A stretch of DNA of 64,000 nucleotides. It comes from Pseudomonadota bacterium (GTDB taxonomy: Bacteria > Myxococcota > JACRCW01 > JAFGSX01). A program made the position numbers and the translations under genes. The DNA is taken from assembly GCA_043821645.1 (NCBI GenBank), contig JBDRCO010000043.1:64001-128000 (forward strand), given 5' to 3'. The stretch's first letter is position 1; each line of letters starts with the position of its first letter. Shown here one piece after another: positions 37,945 through 48,379 of this stretch. The notes below the pieces were generated by a model, which worked only from the letters and a program-made list of their open reading frames with translations, was not told where the DNA came from and ran no database searches.

Positions 37945-38733
37945 CTACTCTTCTTCCATGAGCAGATCGCGCAGGATACGCGACATCTTCTCGATGGCCT
38001 TGGCGTGCAGGCGAGAGGTCCAGCTCTTGGACAGGCCCATGCTGTCGCCGACCTCCTGCAGGCTCATCTCCTTGAAGTAGTACATGGTCAGCAGGTTGCG
38101 CTCCTGCTCGGGCAGGCGCGACAGGGCGTCGCGCACGTGGGCCTTGACCTGCACATCGCTGACCTTGATATCGACCGGCAGAGCTTCCAGGTCCTCGACC
38201 TGCAGTCCCTCCATGCCCTCGAGACTGGTCACGAAGATGGTGACCAGGTTTTGCACGGTGTCGGCCAGTTCCTCGACCTCCGCCTCGACCGCCTTGTTGT
38301 CCTCGCCGATGGTCTGGCGGTCGTTGACGTTGGCCAGGTAGGCGTTGGCGCGCTCCTCGAAGCGGAACTTGGCGTACTCGTTGCGCGATACCCAGCCCAT
38401 GTTGCGCAGGCCGTCGTAGATGGCGCCACGGATCCGGTAGTACGAGAAGGTCATGAAGTTGGCGCCGAACTTGGGATCAAAGCGGCCCGCCGCCTCGAGC
38501 AGACCGACCATGCCGTACTCGACCAGGTCGTCGAACTCGATCTCCTTGGCCAGGCTCTTCTTGATCTTGCCGGCGATGGAGCGCACGTAGGGCAGGTACT
38601 GGTCGATCAGCGCCTTTTGGTCCGCCAGGTTGGGGGCGACCGCGCTGCTGGTCCTGGGCTTGCTCGCGCCCAGCCCCTTCTTGGCAGGACTGGCCGTCGC
38701 CCGGTCGCGATCTGTCGACTTGCTGGGCGTCAC
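37945..38733 (-). CDS. FliA/WhiG-family RNA polymerase sigma factor
   Basis: YLPYVRSIA, DDLVEYGMVGLLEAAGRFDP, RIRGAIYDGLR, LPEQER..YY..EMSLQEVG..SRLH. GTG start estimated. Confidence 0.9.
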   Translation of the reverse strand: MTPSKSTDRDRATASPAKKGLGASKPRTSSAVAPNLADQKALIDQYLPYVRSIAGKIKKSLAKEIEFDDLVEYGMVGLLEAAGRFDPKFGANFMTFSYYRIRGAIYDGLRNMGWVSRNEYAKFRFEERANAYLANVNDRQTIGEDNKAVEAEVEELADTVQNLVTIFVTSLEGMEGLQVEDLEALPVDIKVSDVQVKAHVRDALSRLPEQERNLLTMYYFKEMSLQEVGDSMGLSKSWTSRLHAKAIEKMSRILRDLLMEEE

Positions 38734-38847
38734 CCTGCGACCTCGCCTCGGTGCTGGTCCGTCGCCTCGGCGCTGCTCCTGGCACCGTGCCAGACGCAGA
38801 TGAAACGCCGCCGACTCCCCGCGAAGGCGCCGGGGCCACACGCACTC

Positions 38848-38876
38848 ATCTTAGAGAGGGGGTCTCCTAGCGTCAA
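38848..38876 (-). promoter_or_regulatory. Sigma70-type promoter of the FliA-like sigma gene
   Basis: TTGACG-N17-TAAGAT. Confidence 0.6.
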
Positions 38877-38905
38877 CAAAGCGACCGGCGTGGATGGACA
38901 GGTGT

Positions 38906-39283
38906 TCAGGATTTGGCCGGGCGAGCCAGCTGGGATTGCAGGCGCTGCGCCAGGGCCTCATCGCGGTTGATCAGATCCGACACCGCTTCTTCGACGTGCT
39001 TGGCGTCCTTGCCCTTGAGGTTCTTGAAGCGATCCCGCACCACGGCGGACACGAAGCGCTTGGTGGAGTCCTGCTTGTCGCCGGCCTCGGCCAGCTCCTT
39101 GGCCACCCCCATCAACTCCTCGAGCAGGGCCGAGCGCACATTGCGCGCCATGGCCTCGGTGGACTCGGCAGTGCCCACGCGCTCGACCATGCGCGCAAAA
39201 CCGGGCCCCTTGCTGCCCTTGGTCTTCTGGGCGCCCTCGGATCGGGACCCTCGAACAGGCCCTGATGATCGACCGATGCGCAT
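38906..39283 (-). CDS. Hypothetical protein of the T3SS-like mini-cluster
   Basis: GAGG RBS, MRIGRSSGP low-complexity N-terminus followed by a helical domain. Co-oriented with the TPR and sigma genes. Confidence 0.7.
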   Translation of the reverse strand: MRIGRSSGPVRGSRSEGAQKTKGSKGPGFARMVERVGTAESTEAMARNVRSALLEELMGVAKELAEAGDKQDSTKRFVSAVVRDRFKNLKGKDAKHVEEAVSDLINRDEALAQRLQSQLARPAKS

Positions 39284-39359
39284 GCTGGCCTCTTTCCGTT
39301 TCTGCTCAGCCTACAAATGGTGGCGCCCGCAAGCCGGAACCACCGCCCCATTGTTGCCA

Positions 39360-39386
39360 GTATCGGCGCCGGAGCGCTGATGATTC
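39360..39386 (-). promoter_or_regulatory. Sigma28-type promoter candidate
   Basis: GAAT-N15-GCCGATAC upstream of ORF 39283. Confidence 0.5.
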
Positions 39387-39405
39387 GACAAAGTGGAGGG
39401 ACTCT

Positions 39406-39825
39406 TTACAGCTTGCCAAAGCATCCGACGTCATGGGCCTCGATCAAGCTGCGCGCGAAGTCCCCGGCGAGGCCATCGGGCTCCATCTTGATGGCCTGGT
39501 TCAAGGCCTGCAGGCCCTCGTCGAACTTGCGGAGAAACAGCAGGGCCTCGCCGATGTGCGCCTGCGCTAGGGCCGAGCCCGGGGCGACCTTGAGGGCCTC
39601 GCGGTGGGCCTTGAGGGCCTGCTGGAACTTGCCCTGGGCAAAGTACATGTTGCCCATGCCCACGTGGGGCACCTCGCTGTGCGGGATCAGGGCAGCGACG
39701 CCACTGAAGACCTCCTGCGCCTCTTTCCACTTGCCCAGTTCCATGTAGAGGTAGCCCGCCTCGAGCAGCAAGGCGACCTCGCTCTGCGGCACGTCGACGA
39801 TGCCCTTGACGATGTGCTCGGCCAT
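39406..39825 (-). CDS. TPR protein (SycD/LcrH-type chaperone-like)
   Basis: Three TPR motifs, small acidic protein, T3SS-like gene context. Confidence 0.7.
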   Translation of the reverse strand: MAEHIVKGIVDVPQSEVALLLEAGYLYMELGKWKEAQEVFSGVAALIPHSEVPHVGMGNMYFAQGKFQQALKAHREALKVAPGSALAQAHIGEALLFLRKFDEGLQALNQAIKMEPDGLAGDFARSLIEAHDVGCFGKL

Positions 39826-40055
39826 TGTCGTTTCTCACCCGGTGGTTCGACCCGCATCGATTGTGATCGTGAATCGCGCCCGGTCACAAGTTCTTTTTTG
39901 GCGACGGGCGGAGCCACCTCGACGGACAGCGGGTGGGTGCCAGATCCGGCGCCATCGCATCGGGCGGGGATCCCCGTCGGCACCGACGTCGCGCTTGTCC
40001 TCGACACGGCAGAACACGCCGCCCGGGCCGCAGCCGCCTGTGCGCGGAGGCCCTG

Positions 40056-40799
40056 TCACCACTGCAAGGCCGTGCGGGCCGCGAGCGACAGATCGGAGCA
40101 CGGCGTGGTGCACGGTGGACCGTCGACGTGATGCCAGTGCACGGCGCCGGGGGCCGCGCCCAGGCGCAGCAGGGTCGACGAGCGGGTGCCGTAGTTCCAG
40201 CGCGGCGCGTGCACGCACACACCCTCGAAGCCGGGGTCGTCGTGGTGGCTGAGGATGCGCAGCAGGGCCTCGTCGTCCGGCGGCGTGGCGGGGGGCAGGG
40301 CCTGCACCGCGCGCTGCACGAAACCCGGACGCTCGCTGCTGCCGGCGCCGAGGCTGCGCTCGGTGACGACGTGCCAGCCTGGCGCCAGCACCTCGCCCTG
40401 CATGCGCACCCCATCGTGGAACAGCCTGTGCGCACCCTCGCGGTCGGCCAGGATGAGGTGAAAGGGATTGTACGCCGCGGGGTCGAGGGCCGCGGCGTGG
40501 GCCGCTGCGGTGCCGGCGTCGTCGAAATCGAGAAGGTCGCGCACCAGCAGGCCGCGCGATCGCCGCGCGGGATCGGGCGGCGCGCCGAAGCGGTTGGTCA
40601 CACCCACGAACAGCCCGCGCTGGTTGAGGCCCAGCCAGGTGCCACCGGCCACCGCATCCTCTGGGGCAAAGAAGCGCCACCGCTCGCCCTGCCAGGCGCG
40701 GGGAGGCAGGGAGGCGCGGTCGAGTTGCTCGTCGCGGTTGGCCGCCACCAGCAGCGGCCACTGCGGCCACAGGCCCACGGCCACGGTCAAGGTACACAC
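40056..40799 (-). CDS. NRDE (TANGO2) family protein
   Basis: MCT start, AANRDE, GGTWLG, SRG.LV, YGTRSST. Confidence 0.9.
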   Translation of the reverse strand: MCTLTVAVGLWPQWPLLVAANRDEQLDRASLPPRAWQGERWRFFAPEDAVAGGTWLGLNQRGLFVGVTNRFGAPPDPARRSRGLLVRDLLDFDDAGTAAAHAAALDPAAYNPFHLILADREGAHRLFHDGVRMQGEVLAPGWHVVTERSLGAGSSERPGFVQRAVQALPPATPPDDEALLRILSHHDDPGFEGVCVHAPRWNYGTRSSTLLRLGAAPGAVHWHHVDGPPCTTPCSDLSLAARTALQW

Positions 40800-40960
40800 C
40801 TGCCACCTCCTGCCACAGCATGTAGGGGTGTCGGGTCAGCTCGCAAGTGCGCTCGCATCCCCGCGAAAAGGGTAGCTAATTTGCTCTGTTGCAGGTGCCC
40901 GGCTATGCTTCAGGAGGCTTTCCTGATCGCAAGCGCGAGTCGAACCTGGGGGCCTGCATC

Positions 40961-42358
40961 GTGTTCGTTGGTCTGCGCGTGCGCACCGCGGCCCTGGTCA
41001 TCGCCCTGGTGGCGGTGGGGGGCACCGCCTACGCCCTGTTCTCACTGGAGCGCGAGCGCACGGTCCTGGAACAGAGTCTGCGCTCGAATCTCATGGCCAC
41101 GCTGAACGCATTTGCCATCCCCTGCGCCATGGCCATCGCCAACGATCGCGTCGACACCCTGGACAATCTGGTGGCGGCCGTGGCCGAGCGTGCGGACGAG
41201 CTGGGCCTGCTCGAGATCACCGTGGTCGACCACACGGGCCGCGTGCTCGCCGATAGTCGCGTCGAGCGCTTCGGCGAGAACCTGACCGATGCCTTCACGC
41301 TGCAGGCGCTGCACAGCGATGTGCCCGTGTGGCAGGTCGACGGTAGCCGGGCCCTGGCCAGCCACCCCGTGATCAGTGGCCTGCGCTGGGGCACCTTGCG
41401 CGCGGCGCTGACCCTGGATGCCATGCACGCGCGCCTGGCCCAGCGGCAGCGCGATCTCGGGCTGCTCTTCGTCGCCGGCGCCCTGACCATCGCCCTGGTG
41501 CTGATGTTGACCCTGGGCGTGCTGGTGGTGAACCCGGTGTCGGCGCTGGCCGCGACGGCGCAGCGTCTGGGGCAGGGCGACCGCAGCGCGCGCATCGGCC
41601 GCTACCGCCGCGACGAGCTGGGCGAGCTGGGGCGCGCCTTCGACGAGATGGCCGCGCGCATCGCCAGCCACACCGACGACCTCGAGCGCACCGTGGCCGA
41701 GCGAACGGCCCAGCTCGGCGCGACCAACAGCCAGCTCAGCGAGACCAACGCCCGCCTCGAGGCCGCCAACCGCCAGCTCGAGCGCCTGGCCGTCACCGAC
41801 GGGTTGACCACCCTGTACAACCACCGGCACTTCCAGGAACTGCTGGGCCTCGAGCTCAAGCGCGGCACGCGCGCCCCGCACCACTTCGCGGTCATCATGA
41901 TCGATGTGGATCACTTCAAGCACTACAACGACACCCATGGCCACCCTGCGGGAGACGAGGTGCTGCGCCAGCTCGGGCGTCTGCTCGGCCAGAACCTGCG
42001 CGAGACCGACGTGGTGGCGAGGTACGGTGGTGAGGAGTTCGTGGTCATGTTGGTGGACAGCGACCGCGCCGCAGGTCTGGCCACCGCCGAGAAGATCCGC
42101 GCCCTGGTGGCCCAGCATCCCTTTGCTTTTCGCGAACAACAGCCCGGCGGCGCGGTGACCATCAGCGTGGGGGTCGCCTTTTACCCCGACGACGGTCTGA
42201 CCCCGGGTGACCTGATCTTCGCGGCGGACCAGGTGCTGTACGCGTCCAAGCGCGCGGGCCGCAACCAGGTGACCGCCACCGACGCCAGCCGGACACGCAA
42301 CCTGCCCCAGAACGACGGCGCCGCGAGCGCGCAGGATCCCGACGGGGAGGGCGCATGA
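40961..42358 (+). CDS. Membrane diguanylate cyclase (sensor-HAMP-GGDEF)
   Basis: Two TM helices, HAMP (RDELGELGRAFDEM), TDGLT, DVDHFK..ND.HGH..GD, RETD I-site, RYGGEEF. Confidence 0.92.
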   Translation: MFVGLRVRTAALVIALVAVGGTAYALFSLERERTVLEQSLRSNLMATLNAFAIPCAMAIANDRVDTLDNLVAAVAERADELGLLEITVVDHTGRVLADSRVERFGENLTDAFTLQALHSDVPVWQVDGSRALASHPVISGLRWGTLRAALTLDAMHARLAQRQRDLGLLFVAGALTIALVLMLTLGVLVVNPVSALAATAQRLGQGDRSARIGRYRRDELGELGRAFDEMAARIASHTDDLERTVAERTAQLGATNSQLSETNARLEAANRQLERLAVTDGLTTLYNHRHFQELLGLELKRGTRAPHHFAVIMIDVDHFKHYNDTHGHPAGDEVLRQLGRLLGQNLRETDVVARYGGEEFVVMLVDSDRAAGLATAEKIRALVAQHPFAFREQQPGGAVTISVGVAFYPDDGLTPGDLIFAADQVLYASKRAGRNQVTATDASRTRNLPQNDGAASAQDPDGEGA

Positions 42359-43311
42359 GGTCGTGGACCCTTGTCCCCGCTCTGGCCGCGCTGCTCGCGG
42401 GGTGCCGTCCCGAGCCCGAGGTGCCGGGTCCGCCATCCCCGCCGTCGTCGCCAGCGAGACCGGTGAAGGCCAGCGAGTGGCCGAACCAGATCCAGTTCGG
42501 CATCACCCCGGTGCTCGATCTCGAGAGCCTGCGACGAGGCAACCAGGCGCTGTGCGACGAGCTGGGCCACCTGCTGGGGACCGAGGTCAAGCTCGTGGTG
42601 TCGTCGAACTATGGCGAGCTGGGCGAATTGCTGATCCAGGGCCAGGTGACCTTCGCACGCATGTCCCCCCTGGCCTACGTGGTGGCGCGCACCCAGTACC
42701 CGTCGCTGCGGCTGGTGGCGTCGATGATCGCAGACGGTAGCATCGACTACGCAGCCTACATCGTGGCCCGCGCCGACAGCGACATCCTGCGCGTCGACGA
42801 CCTGCGTGGCCGCTCCTTCGGCTTCGTGGATGTCACCTCGGGGTCCGGCTACCTGTACCCACTGGTCTACATCTGGGATCGCTTCGGCAAGCCCGAGCGC
42901 TTCTTCTCGGGCGTGCGCTTTTTAGGCAATCACCAGGCCCTGCTGCGCGCCGTCGAGGAGGGCCACGTCGACGCCGGCGCCACCTTTTCGGCCGCCCTGG
43001 TGACCTATGGCCAGATGGGCCTGGGCTCGCCCTTTCGCATCGTGGCCAAGACCGGCCGCATCCCCTACGACGCCTTCGTGGCGGGTCCGGCCCTCGACGA
43101 CGCGCAGGTGGCCGCGCTGCAGAGTGCGCTGCTGGGCATCGACACGCGCTCGCCGCGCGGGCGCAAGGTGCTGGGCCCCCTGCGCCACATCAACGGCTTC
43201 TTGCCAGCCAATGACGCGCTGTACGACACGGTGCGCACCGTGGTGACCCGCGCCACCATGCATGGCACCCACGTGGGCCCGGATCAGGTGAGCAACGATG
43301 CAGGTCCGTGA
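42355..43311 (+). CDS. PhnD/SsuA-like substrate-binding lipoprotein
   Basis: Lipobox LLAGC, SPLAYV, DLRGRSFGFVD..SGSGYLYP. No permease or ATPase adjacent. Confidence 0.85.
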   Translation: MRSWTLVPALAALLAGCRPEPEVPGPPSPPSSPARPVKASEWPNQIQFGITPVLDLESLRRGNQALCDELGHLLGTEVKLVVSSNYGELGELLIQGQVTFARMSPLAYVVARTQYPSLRLVASMIADGSIDYAAYIVARADSDILRVDDLRGRSFGFVDVTSGSGYLYPLVYIWDRFGKPERFFSGVRFLGNHQALLRAVEEGHVDAGATFSAALVTYGQMGLGSPFRIVAKTGRIPYDAFVAGPALDDAQVAALQSALLGIDTRSPRGRKVLGPLRHINGFLPANDALYDTVRTVVTRATMHGTHVGPDQVSNDAGP

Positions 43312-45037
43312 CGTCGATACCCTGGCCCGGGTGCTGCCCGATCTTGGCGCCGCTCCCGTGCTGGCCGTGGATCTCGAGACCACGGGCCTCGATCCGCTGG
43401 TCGAGCGCACCCTGCTCATCGGCCTCAGCGACGGCCGCCGCACCTGGTTGATCGAGGCCCGGGAGGTGCCCGCCGACGCCCTGCGCACCCTCCTGGGGCC
43501 CGTGCTGCAGCGGACCCCGCTGGTGGTGATGCACAACGCGCGCTTCGATCTGCGCTTCTTGCTGCGTCTGGGTATCCGGGTCGACAACCCGGTGGATACC
43601 CTGCTCAACCAGCAGCTGCTCGAGAACGGCCGCGAGCGCGGACGGCTGTCCCTGGCCGAGGTGTGCCGGCGCATGCTCGGCGTCACCGTCGACAAGAGCG
43701 AGCGCATCAGCTTCACCACCATGGGGGACCAGGCCTTCACCGAGGCGCAGCTCGAGTACCTGCGACGCGACCTGCTGGCGACCTACCAGCTGTTCCGGCG
43801 CCAGGTGGTGGCGCTGGCCCACGACGGGCTGGCCGGGGTCGCGGCCATCGAGGCCAATGCCATCAATGCCTTCGCGAGCATGGAGCAGGCCGGTCTTCCC
43901 GTCGACGTCGCTGCCTGGCGCACCCTCACCGACCAGGCGGAGCGCGCCCGGGGAGAGGCGCGCAAGGTGCTGGACAGTCTGTTTCGCGAGGTCGCGGACC
44001 TGGACCTGTTTCGGGGCGTCAACATCAACTACGACTCGGAGCAGGAGCTCAAGGAGCACCTGCGGCGCCTCGGCATCGAGCTGGAGAGCACGGCGCGGCC
44101 CAGCCTGCTCGGGCTCGAGCATCCGGTGGGGCGCGCCATCATCGACTACCGCGAGGCCGCCAAGATCGTCAGCACCTACGGCGAGGGCTTCCTGTCCCAC
44201 GTGCACCCGGTGAGCGGGCGCATCCACGCGCGCTTCCGGCAGATCGGCGCCTCCACCGGACGGGTCTCGTGCTCGGATCCCAACCTGCAGAACATCCCCA
44301 AGGAGTCGGCGTTTCGGGCCAGCATTCGCGCACCCGAGGGGCGCACCCTGGTCACCGCGGACTACGCCGCCTGCGAGCTGCGCATCCTGGCCCAGGCCTC
44401 GGGCGACCAGGCCTTCGTGCACGCCTTCGCCCGGGGCGACGACCTGCACGCCATGGTGGCGTCGCAGATGTTCGGCAAACCGGTGTCCAAGACCGAGAAC
44501 CCGGAGCTGCGCAACCGCGCCAAGGCCATCAACTTTGGCCTGGTCTACGGCATGGGGGCAGGCGGCCTGGCGCAGGCCGTGGGCTGCGGTCTCGACGAGG
44601 CCGAGCGCCTGCTCACGCGCTACTTCGACACCTACCCGGCGGTGAAGCGCTACCTCGAGCAGCGGGTGCAGATCGCGCTGCGCGAGGGGCACGCGACCAC
44701 CCTGAGCGGACGCCGCCTGTGGTTCAGCGACGAGGACCTGCGCGCCCCCGACGCGGCCGGGCGCATCGGCCGGGTGGCCAAGAACATGCCCATCCAGGGC
44801 ACCAGCGCCGACATCACCAAGCTGGCGATGGCCCACCTGTTCCGACGGCTGCAGGACGAACAACCCGAGGCGCAGATCGTCAACTGCGTGCACGACGAGA
44901 TCGTGGTCGAGACCAGCGACGGCGAGCACGCAGCGCGGCTGGTCACCGAGGCCATGGAGCAGGCCGAGCGCGACCTGCTGCCCGACGTGGTGCCCGCGGT
45001 CGAGGTGGTGGTGGATCGCAGCTGGGCCAAGGGCTGA
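43298..45037 (+). CDS. Family A DNA polymerase (3'-5' exonuclease + polymerase, no 5'-3' nuclease)
   Basis: Exo motifs DLETTG, HNARFD, YLRRD. Polymerase motifs TGRVSCSDPNLQNIP, ADYAACELR, RNRAKAINFGLVYG, VHDE. Confidence 0.92.
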   Translation: MQVRDVDTLARVLPDLGAAPVLAVDLETTGLDPLVERTLLIGLSDGRRTWLIEAREVPADALRTLLGPVLQRTPLVVMHNARFDLRFLLRLGIRVDNPVDTLLNQQLLENGRERGRLSLAEVCRRMLGVTVDKSERISFTTMGDQAFTEAQLEYLRRDLLATYQLFRRQVVALAHDGLAGVAAIEANAINAFASMEQAGLPVDVAAWRTLTDQAERARGEARKVLDSLFREVADLDLFRGVNINYDSEQELKEHLRRLGIELESTARPSLLGLEHPVGRAIIDYREAAKIVSTYGEGFLSHVHPVSGRIHARFRQIGASTGRVSCSDPNLQNIPKESAFRASIRAPEGRTLVTADYAACELRILAQASGDQAFVHAFARGDDLHAMVASQMFGKPVSKTENPELRNRAKAINFGLVYGMGAGGLAQAVGCGLDEAERLLTRYFDTYPAVKRYLEQRVQIALREGHATTLSGRRLWFSDEDLRAPDAAGRIGRVAKNMPIQGTSADITKLAMAHLFRRLQDEQPEAQIVNCVHDEIVVETSDGEHAARLVTEAMEQAERDLLPDVVPAVEVVVDRSWAKG

Positions 45038-45121
45038 CGCCCTGTCCCGGGTCCGGCCGAGCCCGGATCCTGCCCCACATTTCAATGGAACCCGGCTCGT
45101 GGCCGTGGACACTATGGATGG

Positions 45122-46759
45122 ATGAGCGCAGACGGCGAGCCGCAGTTCGATCCCGAACTGCGTGAGCACTACGAGCAGGACCTCGAGATCAGCGAGGAGC
45201 GCTGGCGTTTCGAGCGCCGGGTACAGCGCCTGCTGATCGCCTTCGGCGTGGCCCTGCTGAGCATCATCTTCCTGGCGATCTGGGCCTCGACCCTGCGTTC
45301 GCGCATCGCCGTCGAGGTGTACGGGGATGGCCTGGCTGGGGATGGCTGGCCTAGCTCGCTGCGACTTGTGGCACGCGACCCCAAGAGCGGCGCGATCCTC
45401 AGACCCCTCGGGGTGGAGGTGAGCCTGCAGGTGACCGGCGACGACCCGCAGCAGATCGAGAACCTCGGTCTCACCGCGGAGACCGCGTCCGCCCTGTTTG
45501 TCGTCGACGCCGAGAGGCTGGCCCGGGGTGCCTCGGTGGCGCTGAGCCTGCGCACCGCCGAGGAACCCGATGCTCTCGAACTGGCCCTGCGCTCCCCGGC
45601 GGCCGCGACGGCCTGCGGCGTTCATCTCGTCGACAGCGTGCAGGCCCTGCAGAAGCCCGAGGCGGTGGAGGGTGCGGTGGACGCGCTGCCAGCCCTACCC
45701 GTGGTGGAGTTTGCAGGACGCACGATCACCCTGCGCTTCTATCCCGAGTCCGGGACCCTGGTGCCCGTGCTCATGAACCGGGTGACCGTGCTGGCCCTGG
45801 CCGACGGTGTGCCAGCATCCGGCGTCGCGGTGCGGGTGGATCCCCTGGGCTGGAACCTGCGGACCGACGCCCAGGGCCTCGGCGACTTGCAGTGGACGCC
45901 CGGGCGCGAACTCGGCGCGCTAACACTCACGCCTCTGTCGGGTGACGACGAGCAGCTCGCCACTCCCACCCCGGTCAAGGTCGCCCTGGCCGCTCCCCCC
46001 TCGCAGCTGCTGGCCAAGCCGCGCCGCGCCCACGTGGCCCCTGGCGGCGACATCGTGGTCGACATCCAGTCGGTGCGCCTGCGCACCTTTCTCAGCTACG
46101 AGGTCTGGTATGGCGCGCGCCTGGTGGCGCAAAGTGATCTGGCAGTGGACAGCGGCCATGCGGTGCTCGAGCTGCCGGCGCCCGACAGGCCGCGCGTGCT
46201 GGTAGGGACAAGGGTGCAGCGCGCCCCGCTGGGGGAGGATGTGGTCAGCGATCAGGCTTTTGTGTACGTCGACGACGGGGATGCCCGCAGCGCCCTGGCG
46301 CATCTGCTCGAGGACCTGGCGCCGCAGCTGGGGCGCGATCCGGGCTTGCAGGCCCTGGCGACGATGCCCGTCAACGACGACGACGACGCCGAACGCCGGA
46401 TGCGTCTGCTGTTCTCACGCCTCGAACTCGACGCCCGACCGCAGCTCGTGGCGTCGAGCGGTCCGCGCAACCAGGCCCGCGCCGAGCTCCGCCGCCTGCG
46501 CTGGCAGCGCTGGCTGTTCGCTGGCTACTGGACCCTGGGCTTGGGCGCCCTGGCCCTGGCCTCCTTCGCGGTGGTGCTGCACAACCGCCGGCTGTTCACG
46601 CGCCTCAAGCAAGCCGGCGACGACGATCCGGCCGAGGCCGAAGCCACGGCGCGCTCCATCCGCCATCGCGGCACGCTCGAACTCATTGCCGTGGTCATCG
46701 GCATGGTGTTCGGCCTGTTCATCGTCTACCGCCTGCTCTCCAACCTGTGGTGGGGATAG
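45122..46759 (+). CDS. Hypothetical membrane protein
   Basis: N-terminal TM helix, beta-rich periplasmic part, two C-terminal TM helices. Confidence 0.65.
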   Translation: MSADGEPQFDPELREHYEQDLEISEERWRFERRVQRLLIAFGVALLSIIFLAIWASTLRSRIAVEVYGDGLAGDGWPSSLRLVARDPKSGAILRPLGVEVSLQVTGDDPQQIENLGLTAETASALFVVDAERLARGASVALSLRTAEEPDALELALRSPAAATACGVHLVDSVQALQKPEAVEGAVDALPALPVVEFAGRTITLRFYPESGTLVPVLMNRVTVLALADGVPASGVAVRVDPLGWNLRTDAQGLGDLQWTPGRELGALTLTPLSGDDEQLATPTPVKVALAAPPSQLLAKPRRAHVAPGGDIVVDIQSVRLRTFLSYEVWYGARLVAQSDLAVDSGHAVLELPAPDRPRVLVGTRVQRAPLGEDVVSDQAFVYVDDGDARSALAHLLEDLAPQLGRDPGLQALATMPVNDDDDAERRMRLLFSRLELDARPQLVASSGPRNQARAELRRLRWQRWLFAGYWTLGLGALALASFAVVLHNRRLFTRLKQAGDDDPAEAEATARSIRHRGTLELIAVVIGMVFGLFIVYRLLSNLWWG

Positions 46760-46852
46760 GCGCACGCTGCCTTTGCTGGGTCGCCCCACCGAGCGAAGTT
46801 CCCGCGGCGCTGAACACCTGGATGCTTGCGCCGCCCGGGCTGATTCGCGAAG

Positions 46853-48220
46853 ATGCGCCCACTGCGTGAGGAGGCTTCTGTGCCCTTCGAGCCCGAGCTC
46901 ACTGCTCCCATCGCCACGGCGCGGCTGCAGAGCGCGCTGTCGCTGCGTCGCGTCCGCATCACCCTGCTCGAGGGCCCAGGGCAAGGTGGGCCGCGGGTCT
47001 TCGATCAGCAGACCATCGGCCTGGGCACCCATCCCTCGAACGAGCTGCGCCTCACCGACGAGACCGTGAGCCGCTTTCATGCACGCATCCACCAGGACGC
47101 GCGCGGCTTGAGCGTGCGCGATCTTGGCAGCCTCAACGGCAGCTACCTCGGCGCGCATCGCGTCGAAGTGGGCTATCTCAACGACGACGACGAGCTGCGG
47201 CTGGGGCAGACCCGGCTGCGGGTCGAGCGCCTGGCCGAGGGCTTCGAGGTCGCGCTCAGTCCGAACCCCCGCTTTGGCGATCTCATGGGCCAGAGCGCGG
47301 CCATGCGTCAGCTCTTCGCGGTGCTCGAACGCATCGCGCCCACCGAGGCCTCGGTGGTGCTCGAGGGCGAGAGCGGTACGGGCAAGGACCTCGCCGCGCG
47401 CGGCGTGCACGCCCAGAGCCGTCGCTGCCGCAAACCCTTCGTGGTTTTCGACTGCGGTGCTGCCGCGCCCGGGCTCATCGAGAGCGAGCTGTTCGGACAC
47501 GCCCGCGGTGCCTTCACCGGGGCCGCCAGCGAGCGCCCTGGCGTGTTCGAGGCGAGTCACGGTGGCACCGTGTTCATCGACGAGATCGGCGAGCTGCCCC
47601 TGGATCTACAGCCCAAGCTGCTGCGGGTGCTGGAGCAGCGCGAGGTGCGTCGCCTGGGCGAGAACCAGGTGCGTCCGGTCGACGTGCGGGTCATCGCCGC
47701 CACCAACCGCGACCTCGAGAAGGAGGTCGAGGCCAAGCGCTTTCGCGAGGACCTGTTCTACCGCCTGGCCGTGGTGCGCGTGCACATGCCGCCGCTGCGC
47801 GAGCGGCCCGACGACATCCCCGTGCTCATCGATCACTTCCTCAAGGACCTGGCCACCGATGGCCAGATTCCCGTGCTCAGTCCCGAGGTGCGCGCGGCCC
47901 TGGGTCGGCGGCCGTGGCTGGGCAATGTGCGCGAGCTGCGCAATGCCGTGGCTCGCGCCGTGTACCTGCCCGAGGACGCGCTGCGCTCGCAATCGCTGGC
48001 GCAGACCTCGGTCGACGAGGTCGACACCGAAGTGCCTTACAAGGTGGCAAAGGACAGGCTGCTCGACGCCTTCGAGCGCCGTTACCTGGGCGCGCTCCTC
48101 GCCTCGACCGACGGCAACGTGAGTGCGGCGGCCAAGAAGAGCGGCATCAACCGCACCCACCTGCAGGCCATGCTCAAGAAGCTCGGGATGCGCGGCAACG
48201 ACGACGTCACGCAGCCCTGA
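46853..48220 (+). CDS. FHA-domain sigma54-dependent enhancer-binding protein
   Basis: FHA (VSRFHA..DLGSLNG), [31 protein letters not shown], Fis-type HTH. Confidence 0.92.
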   Translation: MRPLREEASVPFEPELTAPIATARLQSALSLRRVRITLLEGPGQGGPRVFDQQTIGLGTHPSNELRLTDETVSRFHARIHQDARGLSVRDLGSLNGSYLGAHRVEVGYLNDDDELRLGQTRLRVERLAEGFEVALSPNPRFGDLMGQSAAMRQLFAVLERIAPTEASVVLEGESGTGKDLAARGVHAQSRRCRKPFVVFDCGAAAPGLIESELFGHARGAFTGAASERPGVFEASHGGTVFIDEIGELPLDLQPKLLRVLEQREVRRLGENQVRPVDVRVIAATNRDLEKEVEAKRFREDLFYRLAVVRVHMPPLRERPDDIPVLIDHFLKDLATDGQIPVLSPEVRAALGRRPWLGNVRELRNAVARAVYLPEDALRSQSLAQTSVDEVDTEVPYKVAKDRLLDAFERRYLGALLASTDGNVSAAAKKSGINRTHLQAMLKKLGMRGNDDVTQP

Positions 48221-48379
48221 ACCCACCGCTCGGATGTGCTGAATTTTTTTTCCAGCGCCCTGCGGCGGCGTTGCAATCGTGATGCAGGAGGGCCGGCCCG
48301 CCCTGCCCCGAACGAGGCGACCTTTGCGAGGTCCCTCCCGGGCAGCGCCTCATCCCGGTGGGATCGAGAGCGACAAGCC

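Noticed and set aside
37945-38733. Flagellar gene cluster
   Set aside because: A FliA-like sigma is present, but there are no flagellar structural genes in the window and the neighbours look T3SS-like.
43298-45037. Prophage-encoded polymerase
   Set aside because: No integrase, primase/helicase or structural phage genes nearby, and composition matches the host.
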